64,000 bases of DNA from an uncultured Candidatus Saccharibacteria bacterium. GTDB lineage: Bacteria; Patescibacteriota; JABMPQ01; JAQVVF01. Made by a program: the position numbers and the translations under genes. This document shows positions 19,831 to 29,088 of this stretch, one piece after another. The notes below the pieces were generated by a model that saw only the letters and a list, made by a program, of their open reading frames with translations, ran no database searches and was not told the DNA's origin. The stretch lies in contig CAZNOH010000001.1 of the NCBI GenBank assembly GCA_964574655.1, positions 535,020 to 599,019 on the forward strand, written 5' to 3'. The first letter of the stretch is position 1. Every line of letters starts with the position of its first letter.

Positions 19831-19907
19831 TGTCATCCCGAACCGCTGTGAGGGATCCCGTGTTTTTAGAACAATCACGGGATTCCTCGTTGCGACTCGG
19901 AATGACA
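19831..19907. repeat. palindromic repeat TGTCATCCCGAACCGCTGTGAGGGATCCCGTG...CACGGGATTCCTCGTTGCGACTCGGAATGACA
   Basis: Second copy of the family seen at 14361-14432. Confidence 0.55.
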
Positions 19908-19958
19908 ACAAAAAAAACGAGTCTCTTTTGAAACTCGTTTTTATATCAAAATATTATT

Positions 19959-20783
19959 CTATTTATTAAAACGTCCTGTCTTCACCCATTCATCAACTTT
20001 GCTTTCTGAATATTCTTCGCCAGTATAGCCCTTTTTTTCTTCTGCTTTTTCTGACTTTTTGGCTATTGGCAAGTTATTAGGAACTGTTGAAGTAATTTTT
20101 TTATATTGATGGCTAGATTTATTTTCTTTAGGTTTTACTTTTTTCTGCTCCTTTTTTTCAGGCAGCAAGAATATAATTCCGATAGAAGCGAATAAACCAG
20201 CAATAAATCCAAGTATAGTATTTAGATAAATATTTGGGCTAACAGGCTTTGTTGAAGTAATTGGTTTTTCAACCATTTTGACATCAACTTGCTGTCCGCC
20301 ACCATGGTATTCGCTGCCATTCGTGACTGAGATATAAGCAATACCATAAGCGATTTTTTCAGCTTGATCTCTATTTTTGTCTCTAACAATAATTTGAAAG
20401 TTTCCAGCTTCTAAAAGCCTTGCATTAATCTCTTTTTTCCAAGCTTTTTTTCTTTCCTTAAGATCTTTTGGAAAATTGTCAGCAATATCAAGCGGAGCGC
20501 TCAAAACCTGTCTCATAAATGAGCTTGTGTAAACAACACTTGATAATGTTTCAGCGACTGTTTCAGCTGATCTTTTAGCTGTAAAAGCATCAAATTGATC
20601 ACCATATTTTTGAATAACCAAAAGTTGAACAGTTGATTCATATTTTGGTGTTTGAACAATAGATGCAACAAAACCAATCACACTAAAAATTAGAGTGAAT
20701 GAGATCAAAATCAGCCAATATTTTTTTAGATTAAGTAAGTTTTTCATACAGGTCAATATAACATAACGATAATAATTTGTCAA
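19959..20783 (-). CDS. Wzz-like polysaccharide chain-length determinant protein
   Basis: N-terminal TM helix, periplasmic-type domain starting TPKYESTVQLLVIQ, second TM near the C-terminus; polysaccharide context. Confidence 0.5.
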   Translation of the reverse strand: MTNYYRYVILTCMKNLLNLKKYWLILISFTLIFSVIGFVASIVQTPKYESTVQLLVIQKYGDQFDAFTAKRSAETVAETLSSVVYTSSFMRQVLSAPLDIADNFPKDLKERKKAWKKEINARLLEAGNFQIIVRDKNRDQAEKIAYGIAYISVTNGSEYHGGGQQVDVKMVEKPITSTKPVSPNIYLNTILGFIAGLFASIGIIFLLPEKKEQKKVKPKENKSSHQYKKITSTVPNNLPIAKKSEKAEEKKGYTGEEYSESKVDEWVKTGRFNK

Positions 20784-20913
20784 CGTTTTTTAGCAGATAT
20801 CTAGTTATTTTGTTTGAATTAAGCCCTAATTGCTCAATTGCTAAATGGCTGAATTGTTAGCTATAATTAACGTTAAACAATTTAACAATGGGGCAATTTA
20901 GCAATTACGTGAT

Positions 20914-21669
20914 TTAGAATTCCCACTGCGTTGTTAGTAATGCTAGCAAAAGGATTATAATACTGATTATTACTATATTCCTAACAACCTTCTTGTTCAG
21001 AGTCTTATTGAAATTATGCTTGGAAAGATTAGTAAATGCGTAAAAAACCGTGAATAGAACCATTGCTCTTGGCATAAAACCTGTTGGCCAAAGTGTTAGA
21101 GCCCAGCTAATTTCTGAAATTACTAATGTCAGAATAATAGAATAAACAATATGCTTTTGCAGTAGCATATTATGCCAAAAAAATTCGTAAGTCAGAATGA
21201 ATGTGACAAATGCTAGAAGGATCAGAAATATCCAAGACGGCCATAACAAGAGAAGATAAAGTCCAAATATACTTGCATATAGCAAAAAAGCAGAAATTGT
21301 TATTATAAAATCGCAAGCTTGGAATGATTTTCGGCTATTGATATCCTTGCATATTTTGTCAACTAAATTTATTGTTGCAAGGAAAAGAATAACTATTATA
21401 GCAAGATAAATCTGCTGAAGATAATATAATTCTGGAATAAATAATAAAAAGACTGTTGCACTCAGAATGTATGATAAGGGTAAAATCGAAATATTTACTT
21501 GTCCCCAAAAACCAATTTTGTGCAGAACCTTTAGACGGACTGACGACAACAAAGAAAGCAGAAATAACGTGATAGAAGCAATAATAATAACAACGCTTGA
21601 TTTCTGGAAATAAATAATTGATTCCAATGAACCTAAAAATATGATGCCTAAAACTAATTTCTTGATCAT
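20914..21669 (-). CDS. polytopic membrane protein, hypothetical
   Basis: Multiple hydrophobic helices; no motif recognised. Confidence 0.4.
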   Translation of the reverse strand: MIKKLVLGIIFLGSLESIIYFQKSSVVIIIASITLFLLSLLSSVRLKVLHKIGFWGQVNISILPLSYILSATVFLLFIPELYYLQQIYLAIIVILFLATINLVDKICKDINSRKSFQACDFIITISAFLLYASIFGLYLLLLWPSWIFLILLAFVTFILTYEFFWHNMLLQKHIVYSIILTLVISEISWALTLWPTGFMPRAMVLFTVFYAFTNLSKHNFNKTLNKKVVRNIVIISIIILLLALLTTQWEF

Positions 21670-21849
21670 AATGTTTTTCTAATTTGATTATATCAGTATT
21701 TATCTGCATCCGTCTATAAATTTTTTAACGACGCAGAAAAACGCAAAAGCTAACGCAGAAAGACGCAGAAACCTATTTATATTATTTTATTGCAAATTAA
21801 AAAAGAGCTTTACGCTCTTTTTTATGATTACACAGAAATGGTGTTGAAA

Positions 21850-21993
21850 TTATTTAGCTTTTCCAATTCTGAACATCTTTGTTCCGCATTTTGGGCATTT
21901 GCCAGTTGTTGCTGGTCTGCCATTCTTCATCTTGATTTCTTTTGCTTCTAACATTTCTTGTTTCGCTTTACATTTTACACAATATGCTTCCAT
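21850..21993 (-). CDS. 47-aa zinc-ribbon protein (MEAYCVKCKAK...KCPKCGTKMFRIGKAK)
   Basis: Absent from the ORF track (<60 aa); AGGAGA RBS 6 nt upstream; two CxxC pairs; looks like a small conserved zinc-ribbon protein. Confidence 0.5.
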   Translation of the reverse strand: MEAYCVKCKAKQEMLEAKEIKMKNGRPATTGKCPKCGTKMFRIGKAK

Positions 21994-22133
21994 TGTTTTC
22001 TCCTGGTCCCCTTTTCGGATCTTAATTGATTCAAAAATTAGGGATGATTAAATATTAATAAATTAAACTCAAATTCAATTTCATTAGAATATTAGCAAAA
22101 TTAGGCTCAAAAGTAAATTAAGTTATACACAGA

Positions 22134-22280
22134 CGAAAACTCTAAATCCTAAACTCTAAACTCTAAACAAACTCAAAATTCCAATATCCAAATTTCAGGA
22201 AACTCCGAAGCCATGCTTTTGAATTTTATATTTTAGTAATTTGTATTTATTTAGAGTTTAGTATTTAGAGTTTAGGATTT
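22134..22280. repeat. long palindromic element, CTAAAT family copy
   Basis: aaactctaaatcctaaactctaaactctaaacaaactcaaaattcc ... atttagagtttagtatttagagtttaggattt. Confidence 0.5.
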
Positions 22281-23667
22281 ATTCGTGGATCACAACTGGA
22301 TTTCCAATATCTGCCCAATTGTAAAGTTGCTCTGCAAAAGGCGTTGGTAAATTTACACAACCATGGCTCATACGGTTGCCAAAATTATTATGCCAATAAG
22401 TGCCATGAATTGTATATGGACCTAGAAATGATAAAACATAAGGAACTCCTGGAAGATAATAGCCTGGTCCTGCCATTAACACTGAAACTCTTTTTGAAAA
22501 AACATTAAAGATACCCAGTGGCGTGTCTGTGCCATAATTACCAGTCGATGTTAATGAATAACCAATCTTGCGCGTGTTCTCAAAATATTTTAACCATTGT
22601 TCACTAATATCTACTTCAATATATTTTTGATAAGGATAGCCGCCTCTTTCACCTTTGTAGTTGGCAATTGATACTTCAATTTTATTTTTTCCTGTCTTTG
22701 TCAATTTGCCACTGGCAACATTAATTCCACCTTTATAATTTTGATCAAAAGCAAAAAAATCTTTTCCCAATGAACGGCCTGAGGCAGTAAAAATTTTGAC
22801 TTGCGGACCACCGCCATATCCTGCGCCAGTAATTATTTCGGCTTTCTTATCATTATTAACATCTATTGCTGAAACAGTTGTTCCGCCTTTGAAATTCGAG
22901 CTGTAGGCTAAAAAATTACCTAAAACAGTAACGTCTTTATTTGCTTTAAAAACCTTAACCCAAGCTTGGCCTTCTGATGCTTGGCTGGCAATTATTTCAT
23001 CTTTCAAATCTTTATCAACGTCTCCGACGGCAACATTAACTCCGCCATTAAACTCAGAATCAAATGGATAGGAAGAAAATAAGACATCGCCCTTTTTATT
23101 GAAAACCCTGACTTGCGGACCGCCACCATATCCTGCGCCAACAATTATTTCGTCTTTTAAATCACCATTGATGTCGCCAGAAGCAATATTTGCTCCACCC
23201 TTAAAGCCAGATGGAAAAGCTAGGAAATTTGATAAAACTTTTTTTCCTGTTTTATCATAAATTTTAATCCAAGCCTGACCAGAGCTTGCTTGAGAGCAAA
23301 TTATTTCATCATAGCCATCCTTGTTTAGATCTCCGGCAGCAACATTGACTCCACCTTTAAAACTTTCGGAAAAAGCGAAAAAAGAAAATTTTTCGTTGCC
23401 TAGTTTATCAAAAATTTTTACTTGCGGGCCACCGCCATATCCTGCGCCGGTAATGATAAAATTATTGTTGCTATCATCGAGCTTGGCAAATGCAACACTT
23501 GCACCGCCTTTGAAATTCTTGTCATAAGCATAAAACGCCTTATTTAATCTTAATGTTTTGGCATTATAGATTTTTACTTCTGGAGAGGAGGCATCATAAG
23601 CTAATGCTTGATTAAAACAGATGCACAAACTAATAAGCGCTAGAGCGCCGACAAGAATTTTTTTCAT
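22279..23667 (-). CDS. secreted FG-GAP-repeat protein with C-terminal L,D-transpeptidase (YkuD) domain
   Basis: Signal peptide; repeated D-x-N/D-x-D-G-x-x-E-I-I motifs with GAGYGGGPQV; C-terminal HGT...SHGCVNL catalytic motif. Confidence 0.65.
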   Translation of the reverse strand: MKKILVGALALISLCICFNQALAYDASSPEVKIYNAKTLRLNKAFYAYDKNFKGGASVAFAKLDDSNNNFIITGAGYGGGPQVKIFDKLGNEKFSFFAFSESFKGGVNVAAGDLNKDGYDEIICSQASSGQAWIKIYDKTGKKVLSNFLAFPSGFKGGANIASGDINGDLKDEIIVGAGYGGGPQVRVFNKKGDVLFSSYPFDSEFNGGVNVAVGDVDKDLKDEIIASQASEGQAWVKVFKANKDVTVLGNFLAYSSNFKGGTTVSAIDVNNDKKAEIITGAGYGGGPQVKIFTASGRSLGKDFFAFDQNYKGGINVASGKLTKTGKNKIEVSIANYKGERGGYPYQKYIEVDISEQWLKYFENTRKIGYSLTSTGNYGTDTPLGIFNVFSKRVSVLMAGPGYYLPGVPYVLSFLGPYTIHGTYWHNNFGNRMSHGCVNLPTPFAEQLYNWADIGNPVVIHE

Positions 23668-23700
23668 TATTATTTAAGTTATAATTAAATACAAAATACT

Positions 23701-24372
23701 CTACACCTGTTTTTTAGCAACCTGCCTAAGAATCAAATTAAATACTATTATCAACACCAAATAAATAATCCAAAAGAAATTATCATCATTTGCCTGCCAG
23801 ATATAGATAGAAGAAATTATAAAAGCTAATGCAATATTAAGTCCGCCAAAAGAATTATAAAGAAATATTTTTCTATCTATTCCAGGATGGTGCATTTCTT
23901 TATGAAAATAGAGATAGAGCCAAATAATAAAAGACATTATTGACACAAAACTGATGCTTAAAGCAAAAATTATTGTGGTTGTGATTTTATCAAAATGAGT
24001 ACTGAATAGATCTGACGGAAAAGGCAAAAAAGTGATTGATAACAACATTACGCAGATGAGATACAAAAAGGTCCTGTTAACTAGCTTTATATAACTAAAT
24101 AAATGGAGATGGCTAATCCAATACTTGATAATTACATAAAAACAAATTAGATAGCCAAGTATTTGAGGCCAAATAATTTGAAATTCGTCAACTAATGAAT
24201 TTTCAGTCCAGTCTATAGGAACTTCAATTTGAATAATTAATAAAGTTAGAGAGAAAGCAAAAATAGCGCTCGAAAAATCCATGATACGCTCAGTATTTTT
24301 AACATTTTTTATCCACAAATCACTTTCTTCTAAAACGTCTTTAAGCTTGTGAGGCTTGATTATTCCTTGCAT
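23701..24372 (-). CDS. polytopic membrane protein, hypothetical
   Basis: Hydrophobic helices throughout. Confidence 0.4.
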   Translation of the reverse strand: MQGIIKPHKLKDVLEESDLWIKNVKNTERIMDFSSAIFAFSLTLLIIQIEVPIDWTENSLVDEFQIIWPQILGYLICFYVIIKYWISHLHLFSYIKLVNRTFLYLICVMLLSITFLPFPSDLFSTHFDKITTTIIFALSISFVSIMSFIIWLYLYFHKEMHHPGIDRKIFLYNSFGGLNIALAFIISSIYIWQANDDNFFWIIYLVLIIVFNLILRQVAKKQV

Positions 24373-24375
24373 ATT

Positions 24376-24915
24376 TTATGAATCAATTTTTTTTATTTGT
24401 ACACCAAACATCATCAATAGAATACCAAATATCAAAGCATAAATTCCTAATAACCAAGACAGAACTAACAGACTTCCTGATGGATATAAATATATGAATA
24501 CACCTAAAATAATTGAAGCAAGTCCTGCTAAGCCAATTAATAATTTTGTTGGCTCATCCCAACCTGATGAAAAAACTGCAATGATTTCCATTAAGCCTGT
24601 AATCACTGCCCATGCAGCAATGACATAAAGCAAAACAAATAATGTTACTTCTGGTAAAATTAAAGCAAAAATACCAGCAGCAATTCCTAAAATACCTTCA
24701 AGCAAAAATGCCCACCATTGTTTGTGATGCTTGATTGAGCTGATGGCAGCGATGATTGCAATAATGCCGTCAAACAAAACGTAAAAAGCAAAAAGAAAAA
24801 CCAAAAGCTCTAAAGTTATGTCTGGCCAAAACAATGCCAAGACGCCGAATAGAATTGCAATGATACCTCTAATAATCATTGCCCATGAATAACGAGACAA
24901 TGCACCTGTTTTCAT
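24376..24915 (-). CDS. HdeD/DUF308-family membrane protein
   Basis: Repeated GxxxxxxG-rich TM pairs; N-terminus RGIIAILFGVLALFWP typical of the family. Confidence 0.55.
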   Translation of the reverse strand: MKTGALSRYSWAMIIRGIIAILFGVLALFWPDITLELLVFLFAFYVLFDGIIAIIAAISSIKHHKQWWAFLLEGILGIAAGIFALILPEVTLFVLLYVIAAWAVITGLMEIIAVFSSGWDEPTKLLIGLAGLASIILGVFIYLYPSGSLLVLSWLLGIYALIFGILLMMFGVQIKKIDS

Positions 24916-25063
24916 AAATTTTATTTTTTATTTTTAAATATATAATACGAATGACGATACAAATAATGCGAATGTTACGAATTACGAATACGTCAAATAT
25001 TTTTTGTTTAGTTTAGTATAGCATAATTTTTTGTTTTTGGGCAAATAAAAAAGTGAGAGTAAC

Positions 25064-25423
25064 TCACTTAGGATGAACTTCAATGTCAAAATCTTTTTGA
25101 GACGCAGAGAGCTTGCTTTCGAGACGATGTACACAACTATCAAGAATCCTGTGAATCCAATCCTCATACTCTACTAAAAATAGGGGCGCTCTTTCAGAGA
25201 AGAAATTTGTTCTATCGAGATCGTGTACTACCTTTCTCGCATGTTCAGGCTTTAGCGATGCATTTTCCAACATAAAACAAATCCTACGGATGATCTCAAG
25301 GTACACTTCTCTTGCTTCATTAGGATAATCGTCATCTTCACTAAAGATTCCTTGTATGAGAATCAGATTTCGAAGCTCATCAATCAAAAGTTCGTGCAAC
25401 AATTTTTCTTTTGAATCTGCCAT
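25064..25423 (-). CDS. ORFan protein (119 aa from MADSKEK), second gene of a self-contained cassette
   Basis: GGAGGAAAAC RBS before ATGGCAGAT; intermediate G+C; a terminator hairpin AAGTGAG-agtaa-CTCACTT plus T-run overlaps the stop. Confidence 0.45.
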   Translation of the reverse strand: MADSKEKLLHELLIDELRNLILIQGIFSEDDDYPNEAREVYLEIIRRICFMLENASLKPEHARKVVHDLDRTNFFSERAPLFLVEYEDWIHRILDSCVHRLESKLSASQKDFDIEVHPK

Positions 25424-25458
25424 GTTTTCCTCCTGTCTCAAGGTACGGCCAACTCTTT

Positions 25459-25713
25459 TTAGAGTCGGCAGCTAGGACAAATTTTCATTGTAGCATCATT
25501 GACAGTTTTACCGGCTGGAATGTCATCTGAATGGCAGAGAGCAACATGACTGATTTTGCCTCTTTTCCCGCATTTATCACATTTTTCAATATATCTTTGC
25601 AAAATCATGTCCCAAAGTCCTATCAGAGGCACAAAAAGAATGAGAACGAGGAATATAAACAGCGTTGCTAATAACATACAAATTACTATTAAGAAGTCTT
25701 TTACTGTTTTCAT
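25459..25713 (-). CDS. small membrane-anchored zinc-ribbon protein (84 aa), first gene of the cassette
   Basis: GGGAGG RBS; N-terminal TM helix; C-terminal CDKCGK...C...CPSC. Confidence 0.5.
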   Translation of the reverse strand: MKTVKDFLIVICMLLATLFIFLVLILFVPLIGLWDMILQRYIEKCDKCGKRGKISHVALCHSDDIPAGKTVNDATMKICPSCRL

Positions 25714-25766
25714 TCTTTTTCCTCCCTTTGAGTTGGTTGGTTACTGAAAAGAGCTTAACTGGATTA

Positions 25767-25795
25767 AATATATTCTTTTTTGCCTTGAAAGTCAA
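25767..25795 (-). promoter_or_regulatory. near-consensus sigma70 promoter TTGACT-17-TATATT driving the 25713 to 25064 operon
   Basis: Read on the minus strand: ttgactttcaaggcaaaaaagaatatatt; the RBS and ATG lie about 50 nt downstream. Confidence 0.5.
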
Positions 25796-25826
25796 CAAAA
25801 AAACCGCGTAAGGCGGTTTTTATTTT
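25796..25826. terminator. bidirectional terminator AAACCGC-gtaag-GCGGTTT flanked by A and T runs
   Basis: Hairpin with an A-run on one side and a T-run on the other, between the kamA-like gene end and the cassette promoter. Confidence 0.5.
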
Positions 25827-25858
25827 ATTAGTGAAGTATTCGTGATATTAGCGTGTTA

Positions 25859-26974
25859 TTAGTGTATAGTGTGTTTTTTCTTTTTGAAATCTATGAATGA
25901 ATCATAGTTTACTTTCCAAGCATTGCCTTCTGGAATTGGAATTTTGCCATAACCATGAGGAGTGTCAATTACGAATCTAGCTGTTGCAGCGATGCCTGAT
26001 AGTCTTGAACGAAGTTTTGACCAAATCGCGAGTGCTTTTTTAAATGGCACTGTAAAATGTTGAGCCCAATAGACTGGATCATTTTGATACATGTAGTAAG
26101 GTCTGATTCCTTCTTTGACCATTTTTATAAATAGTTGGTATAAAGTTTCAACATTATCATTTACGCCTTTTAACAATACTGTCTGACTGTAAATTGTTGC
26201 TAAGCTTTTTTTTCTAAAATTATATAAAACATCTGATGACTGTTCTGTAATCTCAGCAGGATTATTGATGTGTACCATTAAATTTAAGTTTCTGATTTTG
26301 GCTAACAATTCATAATGCCATTCTTGGATAGCCATTGGATTAACTATTGGCAATCTTGTACCTAATCTTACAACATCAATATAGCCTTGCTCTTGTAATT
26401 TTGCCAGGCTCGTAATTATTTTTATTAAATAATCTTTTGGAGCAATTAAAGGATCACCACCTGATAAAATAATTTCGTTGATTTCTTTGTGATCTTTGAT
26501 GAATTTAAAAACTTCATTAATTTGTTTGTCAGTCAAAAAAGCGTTGTTAGCAATTGTACCTTTTGTCTTGCCACAAGATCCAGCTGGAATACCGATTTCT
26601 CGGCCACGCGTACAAAAACGGCAATAAGTAGCGCAAAATCTAGTTACAGTCCACAAAACTCGGCCATAAGTTACAACTTTACCTTTTTTTAATTTACCTT
26701 CATATTTGTAAATTAAGCCAGGAGCAACTTCATGTTCATCTTCGGATAATGGATCAAGATTATTTGTCTTTGAAAATCTTTTTTCCTTTTCAGGCTGAGC
26801 AACAAATTGCTTGCCTAACGGTCCATCAATTCCGCCATTTTTGGAAATTAAATCAGCCATGTAAGGAGAGATGATTTCTGGCAAACCTCCATGTGGCAAC
26901 ATGACTTTCATTCCACGAGAAATAAGTTTTTGTTTTGGGAACAAAAACTTTTGTTCCCTACTATTTTTTTGCAT
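25859..26974 (-). CDS. KamA-family radical SAM aminomutase (lysine 2,3-aminomutase-like)
   Basis: CATYCRFCTR CxxxCxxC radical-SAM motif in the KamA context; length about 370 aa. Confidence 0.75.
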   Translation of the reverse strand: MQKNSREQKFLFPKQKLISRGMKVMLPHGGLPEIISPYMADLISKNGGIDGPLGKQFVAQPEKEKRFSKTNNLDPLSEDEHEVAPGLIYKYEGKLKKGKVVTYGRVLWTVTRFCATYCRFCTRGREIGIPAGSCGKTKGTIANNAFLTDKQINEVFKFIKDHKEINEIILSGGDPLIAPKDYLIKIITSLAKLQEQGYIDVVRLGTRLPIVNPMAIQEWHYELLAKIRNLNLMVHINNPAEITEQSSDVLYNFRKKSLATIYSQTVLLKGVNDNVETLYQLFIKMVKEGIRPYYMYQNDPVYWAQHFTVPFKKALAIWSKLRSRLSGIAATARFVIDTPHGYGKIPIPEGNAWKVNYDSFIDFKKKKHTIH

Positions 26975-27995
26975 ATCTTTGTAAGGATGTATTAATAATT
27001 TGTGTTAATAATTTTTCGTAATCGATTCCGGCTGTTCTTGCGGCTAATGAAAAATAGGATGTTGTTGATACTTCTGGCGGAATCATGCCGGCTGGAGAAT
27101 TAACTTCCAAAACATATGGATTATTTTTTGAATCACACCTGATATCAATTCGGCACCAATCTCTAAGGTTTAAGGCATTCCAGGTTTTTAGACAAAGTGA
27201 TTCAATTTTATTTTCAAATGATTTTGAAATTTTTGCTGGGCAAATTAAGTGTTCTGATGCGCCTTTTTGATCTTCTTGTTCTTCAAAAAACCATTTAACT
27301 TCTAATGAATCAATTGGCAAATAATTTTTTGGCAATTTGCTATGATCAGCTTCAATTATTGGTAAAATTCTTGGTGGATTGCCTAACAATGCAACTGAAA
27401 ATTCTCGGCCTGTCAAAAAAGGCTCAATGATTGCTTCTTGATGGTATGTTTTTACAACTTGGGTAATTTGTTTTTTAAGTTGTGTCTGATTAAAAACAAC
27501 ACTTTTGTTAGTGATTCCTCCAGACGAACCTTGTCCAATTGGTTTGACAATTAAAGGGAATTTTAAATTTTTATCTAATTTTTCTTTACCAGTTTTGAAT
27601 AACTGATGGATTGTTGTTGGTACTTTATTGGCGACTAAAATTTCTTTAGCCTTGGCTTTGTTCAAAGCTAATGCTTGAGTCAGAGGAGTTGAACCAGTGT
27701 ATGGAATTTGAAGCATCTCTAACATTGATGGCAAATGAGTTTCGCGATCATGGCCATTCTTTCCTTCAGAATAATTAAAAACTAAATCAATATTTTCTTT
27801 ATTTTTATATAATTTTAAATATGCTTTTTCATCAGCTTCTATTGGTAAAACTTCAAAACCAGCATTTTTAAAATGCTTAATCATTGTCTTGATAGTAATT
27901 GGGTCGTCAAAATCAATTTCAGCGTGAGTGCTCAAATCTTTTTGATCAAGATATTTGTGTCTTACGTTGTATAAAAACGCGATTCGTTTCTTCAT
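26961..27995 (-). CDS. ATP-grasp ligase, D-Ala-D-Ala ligase-like
   Basis: FNYSEGKNGHDRETHLPSMLEMLQIPYTGS resembles Ddl HGxxGEDG...GIPYVGS; ATP-grasp C-terminal half; overlaps the kamA-like start by 14 nt. Confidence 0.55.
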   Translation of the reverse strand: MKKRIAFLYNVRHKYLDQKDLSTHAEIDFDDPITIKTMIKHFKNAGFEVLPIEADEKAYLKLYKNKENIDLVFNYSEGKNGHDRETHLPSMLEMLQIPYTGSTPLTQALALNKAKAKEILVANKVPTTIHQLFKTGKEKLDKNLKFPLIVKPIGQGSSGGITNKSVVFNQTQLKKQITQVVKTYHQEAIIEPFLTGREFSVALLGNPPRILPIIEADHSKLPKNYLPIDSLEVKWFFEEQEDQKGASEHLICPAKISKSFENKIESLCLKTWNALNLRDWCRIDIRCDSKNNPYVLEVNSPAGMIPPEVSTTSYFSLAARTAGIDYEKLLTQIINTSLQRYAKK

Positions 27996-28507
27996 ATTTT
28001 CTTTGCTTACGAATATCTCGAATGGCTTAGGCCCTCGAATAAGACGAATAATTCTATTCGCGTAATTTGTGGCCGTAAGGCATTAGTGAGATTCGCAAGC
28101 ATTAAAAAAGAAGCCCAAAAACTAGTGACTTCTGTTAGTAGCTATTAAATTTGTTGAAACTCTGCTTACTTGATTAGCATCCTCGGGTAGAGGAACATCG
28201 TCGTTTTGCATCATTATTTTATTGGGACTGCTTTGTTAAAAATTAATTATTTTAGTATAGCAGTTACCTTGTTTTCTGTCAATAGATTATAATATTTTAC
28301 AAAAACTTGATTCGTAAAAAATTGATACATAGCTAAGTATAACAACATTTTTTCTAGTGTAAAGAAGATTTTATTGTGGATAAATAAAAAGACAAAATAA
28401 TATAAAGTTTCATGATTTTTTTCAACAATAAAACCGCCTTTTACAGCGGCTTTATTATCTTCAACCTTCGTTGAGACTTCGGTTGATAAAAAAGACTGAA
28501 GACTTAA

Positions 28508-28825
28508 TTAGAATCTTGCAGGTCTTTTTGCTTTCCAGCAATCCTTGCAATGTACTGGTCTATCACCTGAAGGTTGAAATGGCAATTCTGTGATTTCTTT
28601 GCCACATTCTGAACATGTCCAATTTCCTGACACCATTTGTCTAGGAGCTCTTTCTTGGAAATTTGATCTACCTTCTGATCTTTTCTTTGACCAACAATCT
28701 TTGCAATGTACTGGTCTGTCTCCTGAAGGCTGAAATGGCAATTCTGTGATTTCTTTGCCACATTCCGAGCATGCCCAATTACCTTGGAACATTTGTCTTG
28801 GAGCACCACTATCGTTATTAAACAT
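28508..28825 (-). CDS. tandem-duplicated zinc-ribbon protein (two CSECGKEITELPFQPSGDRPVHCKDCW units)
   Basis: Near-identical internal repeat of about 45 aa, each with a CxxC...CxxC pair; intermediate G+C. Confidence 0.5.
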   Translation of the reverse strand: MFNNDSGAPRQMFQGNWACSECGKEITELPFQPSGDRPVHCKDCWSKKRSEGRSNFQERAPRQMVSGNWTCSECGKEITELPFQPSGDRPVHCKDCWKAKRPARF

Positions 28826-28959
28826 CGTGTTTTGTAGTTACAATTTAATATAAACGGCCTACTCGACCTCAAGCCGTTCTATATAAAATATATACGACTT
28901 GTAAGCTTAAATATAGTATACAGTATAATTAATTTTTGTAAATAGATTTTCTTTTAAAA

Positions 28960-29088
28960 GAACAAAAACACAAAAAGACAAAAAAACAAACAAAAACCAA
29001 ATTACAAAATACAAAATCGACAGTTTGTTTTCTTTGTAATTTGGTTTTTGTAATTTGTTTGTTTTTTGTTTTTTTAGGTTTTTATTTT
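28960..29088. repeat. long palindromic element (ACAAA/CAAATT family) overlapping the typA 3' end
   Basis: caaacaaaaaccaaattacaaaatacaaaatcgacagtttgttttctttgtaatttggtttttgtaatttgtttg. Confidence 0.5.

Noticed and set aside
28504-28872. 122-aa ORF in an alternative frame to the zinc-ribbon gene
   Set aside because: The frame is created by the internal DNA repeat; the other frame encodes a coherent duplicated CxxC domain.
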